A stretch of 64,000 bases of DNA, taken from the NCBI GenBank assembly GCA_965207375.1, contig OZ242274.1, positions 1,760,001 to 1,824,000 on the forward strand, in the 5' to 3' direction. The notes under the pieces were generated by a model that was not told the DNA's origin, made no database searches, and saw nothing but the letters and a program-made list of their open reading frames with translations. Positions within the stretch are counted from its first letter, which is position 1; every line of letters starts with the position of its first letter. This stretch comes from Nitrosopumilaceae archaeon (lineage in GTDB: Archaea > Thermoproteota > Nitrososphaeria > Nitrososphaerales > Nitrosopumilaceae). The position numbers and the translations under genes were made by a program. Below, one piece after another: positions 61,869 to 64,000 of the stretch.

Positions 61869-62293
61869 GTAAAAACGAGCAACCCCATTCAAATCCAAAA
61901 GACGTGTTTTCAGTATATCAACACAGCTTTGATAAATTCTTCAACACCGTAAAGCAATCAGTACCACAGTATCATCAATCAGTAACTAACGTGCAACAAG
62001 AGTACTTGCGATCATGTGAGAACTTTGTAAATTCAGCAGTTAGCTTGCAAAAAGAATTTGCAAGAAAAACCGGAATCAGCACAGCAGTACCAGAAGCAAC
62101 AACAAAACTAGTACGTGAATCATCAGAGGAGATAATAAAATCCTCAAACATCAACAATCAGATAGTGCTAGCAGCAATTGATGCAACACAACAAAACATC
62201 AAAACGTTTAACGACAATACAAAGTCCTTTGCAGAGGTAAACAAAAACATACTACAGTCTTGGATTGCAGCACTTATACCAAGAAATAACTAG
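61865..62293 (+). CDS. Amphipathic helical, phasin-like protein
   Basis: Q/N/S-rich helical pattern, ATGA overlap with the upstream gene, SD GGAGGTGA at ~61852. Confidence 0.5.
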   Translation: MSKNEQPHSNPKDVFSVYQHSFDKFFNTVKQSVPQYHQSVTNVQQEYLRSCENFVNSAVSLQKEFARKTGISTAVPEATTKLVRESSEEIIKSSNINNQIVLAAIDATQQNIKTFNDNTKSFAEVNKNILQSWIAALIPRNN

Positions 62294-62295
62294 AA

Positions 62296-62320
62296 ATTTT
62301 TTATTTCTTTTTTTATTTTT
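62296..62320 (+). terminator. T-rich archaeal-type terminator
   Basis: Successive oligo-T runs right after the stop codon. Confidence 0.45.
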
Positions 62321-62520
62321 GAGCATTTTTAATTTTAGACATATCGTACAATCTAATCATGGCATATATTTTACAGATATGAAAAGATATTTTTTGCAAT
62401 AACTGATTATGATATTAGATTTTTGCTGGCATGATATATTGCAGACTGCAAGGATGAACACATGCTGAAAACCTACTCAAAGCTACAGCGGTTCGTGTCA
62501 GAAAAATACCTACAGAATTG

Positions 62521-64000
62521 GTAAGTGTTAACGTGGTTTTTACGTCTCTAGAGGTATTTTGCCATCTCTTCTAGATAATTTAATCCAGCATTTCTCCAAG
62601 TCATCACACATGAAAACAAATTGCCCAATGTCTCCATGCTTTTCTCAGATCTGATTCCACCACGTATTTTTCTGTGTACGACAATCTCACGCAGTGCACG
62701 TTCTGCTGCATTGTTGGTAGGAGGTATGGTAGGATCCAGTACAAACCTGAACAGGTTTGGCAGGGCTCGTCCCAGCTTTCCCATGAATCTTTTGAGATTG
62801 TGCAATGGAGTGTATGTGTTAATAATTCTCTTTACACGACGATACAGATTGCGCCGTATTTTTTTGCGCCGTTTATACGAGATACGTGCAGTTATGGTAT
62901 CTTTTGCATCTTCATATATTTTCTTGAGAGCCTCTTGTGCACCCAGACATTTTTTACATCCACATTTTTGTGTCTCGTGGTGCATCTCACGCATGATGTG
63001 AGCCCAACATCTCTGGATATCATATACCATGTACGGTTTGTGTCCGTCACAGATGATTGTTCCCTTCCAGTCATCTCCTAGTATCTCTTCGAGTACGTCT
63101 CTTCCCCTGCTAGGCCGTACCACATACAGTGCAGTATTTGTACCTGGAATGTAAAATACCCACGCCCATACGTTTTTGCCGTTTAGATGTATTGATGTCT
63201 CATCTATGTGTAACAGGACTGCAGCCCTGATTGCCTTTAGGAGTTGTTTTGTGGGTGCCGTTAGGCACGCACCAACCATGGTTATTATGTTGTGTGCAGA
63301 AGCTGGAGATATTTTGATTCCCCTCAAGGTCAGTGCTTCTGCGTTTCTGCGATGAGGTAGTCTGTCGATATAATTTGCTACTGCCTGTGTTACTATATTG
63401 TTGCCATAATTGCCTTTTGTAGGAAAATCAGTCTCTGGGATTATGTCTTTTTTGCCACAGTTTTTGCATGAGCACAAATCTACATGATGACGTGTTGTTT
63501 CAGGTTGTACCTGTGGCGGTACTTCTGTAATGTCACGTATCTGTGTTTTGATAATTTTAAGATCTTTTGAGCCACACTCTGGACATTTTGCTGGCGTGTG
63601 TTGTTTGAATTTTGTAGGTTTTGGCTTGCTTGTTGCACCTTTGTGTCCCTTTGGTGCTCCTCGCTCACCTGTTGTTTTCTTGTTTTTATCCTTGTTTTTA
63701 TTATCAGTTTTCTTCTTTTCTGGCATCTTGCGTGATGGTGGAGTGTGTGCGTTATCATAAAATTGGAGTTTTTTATTAAGATCCTTGGCAATAGTTTTCA
63801 AATTGTGTATGTTGTTTTCTAACTCCTTTACTAGATCTTTTAGTTTTTTTTCGTTGTCATCTTTTTTTTGTATAATAGCATCTTTCAACTCCATCATCTG
63901 TTCGAGTTTTAGATTCTTAGTTCGTTCGGCTTTGTAGAGTTTTTTGAAATCTGTCAATGTATGGTTTGGCTATTTGACCTCATTTAGATCATGTTGCCAA
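62521..64000 (-). mobile_element. Second IS66 copy, inverted (transposase 62548-63957); left end beyond the window
   Basis: Starts GTAAGTGTTAACGTGG; the 469-aa protein differs from the first copy at only a few residues. Confidence 0.95.

Noticed and set aside
51524-64000. Composite transposon formed by the two IS66 copies
   Set aside because: Copy 1 has its own TSD on both sides, and the enclosed genes look like native chromosome.
1-64000. tRNA or rRNA genes
   Set aside because: No GC-rich cloverleaf or rRNA-like segment noticed by eye; a tRNAscan/Infernal run would be needed to exclude them.

Overview
Archaeal DNA of Thaumarchaeota/Nitrosopumilaceae type: archaeal EF-2, purP, split purS/Q/L, thaumarchaeal hypothetical families and frequent TTG starts. 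The eukaryote-like surface proteins and heavy IS/pseudogene load suggest a host-associated, possibly sponge-associated, lineage (inference). A housekeeping backbone (purC, purS-purQ-purL-purF-ahcY, tatC/tatA, ubiX, purP, trkH, EF-2, mqnD, msrA) is interspersed with IS481, IS5, IS6-like, IS3, IS110 and IS66 elements, their miniature derivatives and decaying toxin-antitoxin cassettes. It also carries a 5793-aa FG-GAP/NHL/FN3/Ig adhesin-like protein. Main finding: an apparently intact IS110-family recombinase element (9629-10963) sits inside one copy of an ~82-bp palindromic-ended dispersed repeat, with empty copies at 6725 and 59505. Its upstream non-coding region can be folded by eye into two internal-loop hairpins whose loops match its insertion target and its own circle junction, i.e. 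a candidate archaeal bridge RNA aimed at a MITE. Second finding: both large surface-protein genes have a C/G homopolymer between an upstream ATG and the main ORF, each one base out of frame, which suggests phase variation (or assembly error). All calls come from reading the sequence and recalled motifs; no searches were run.
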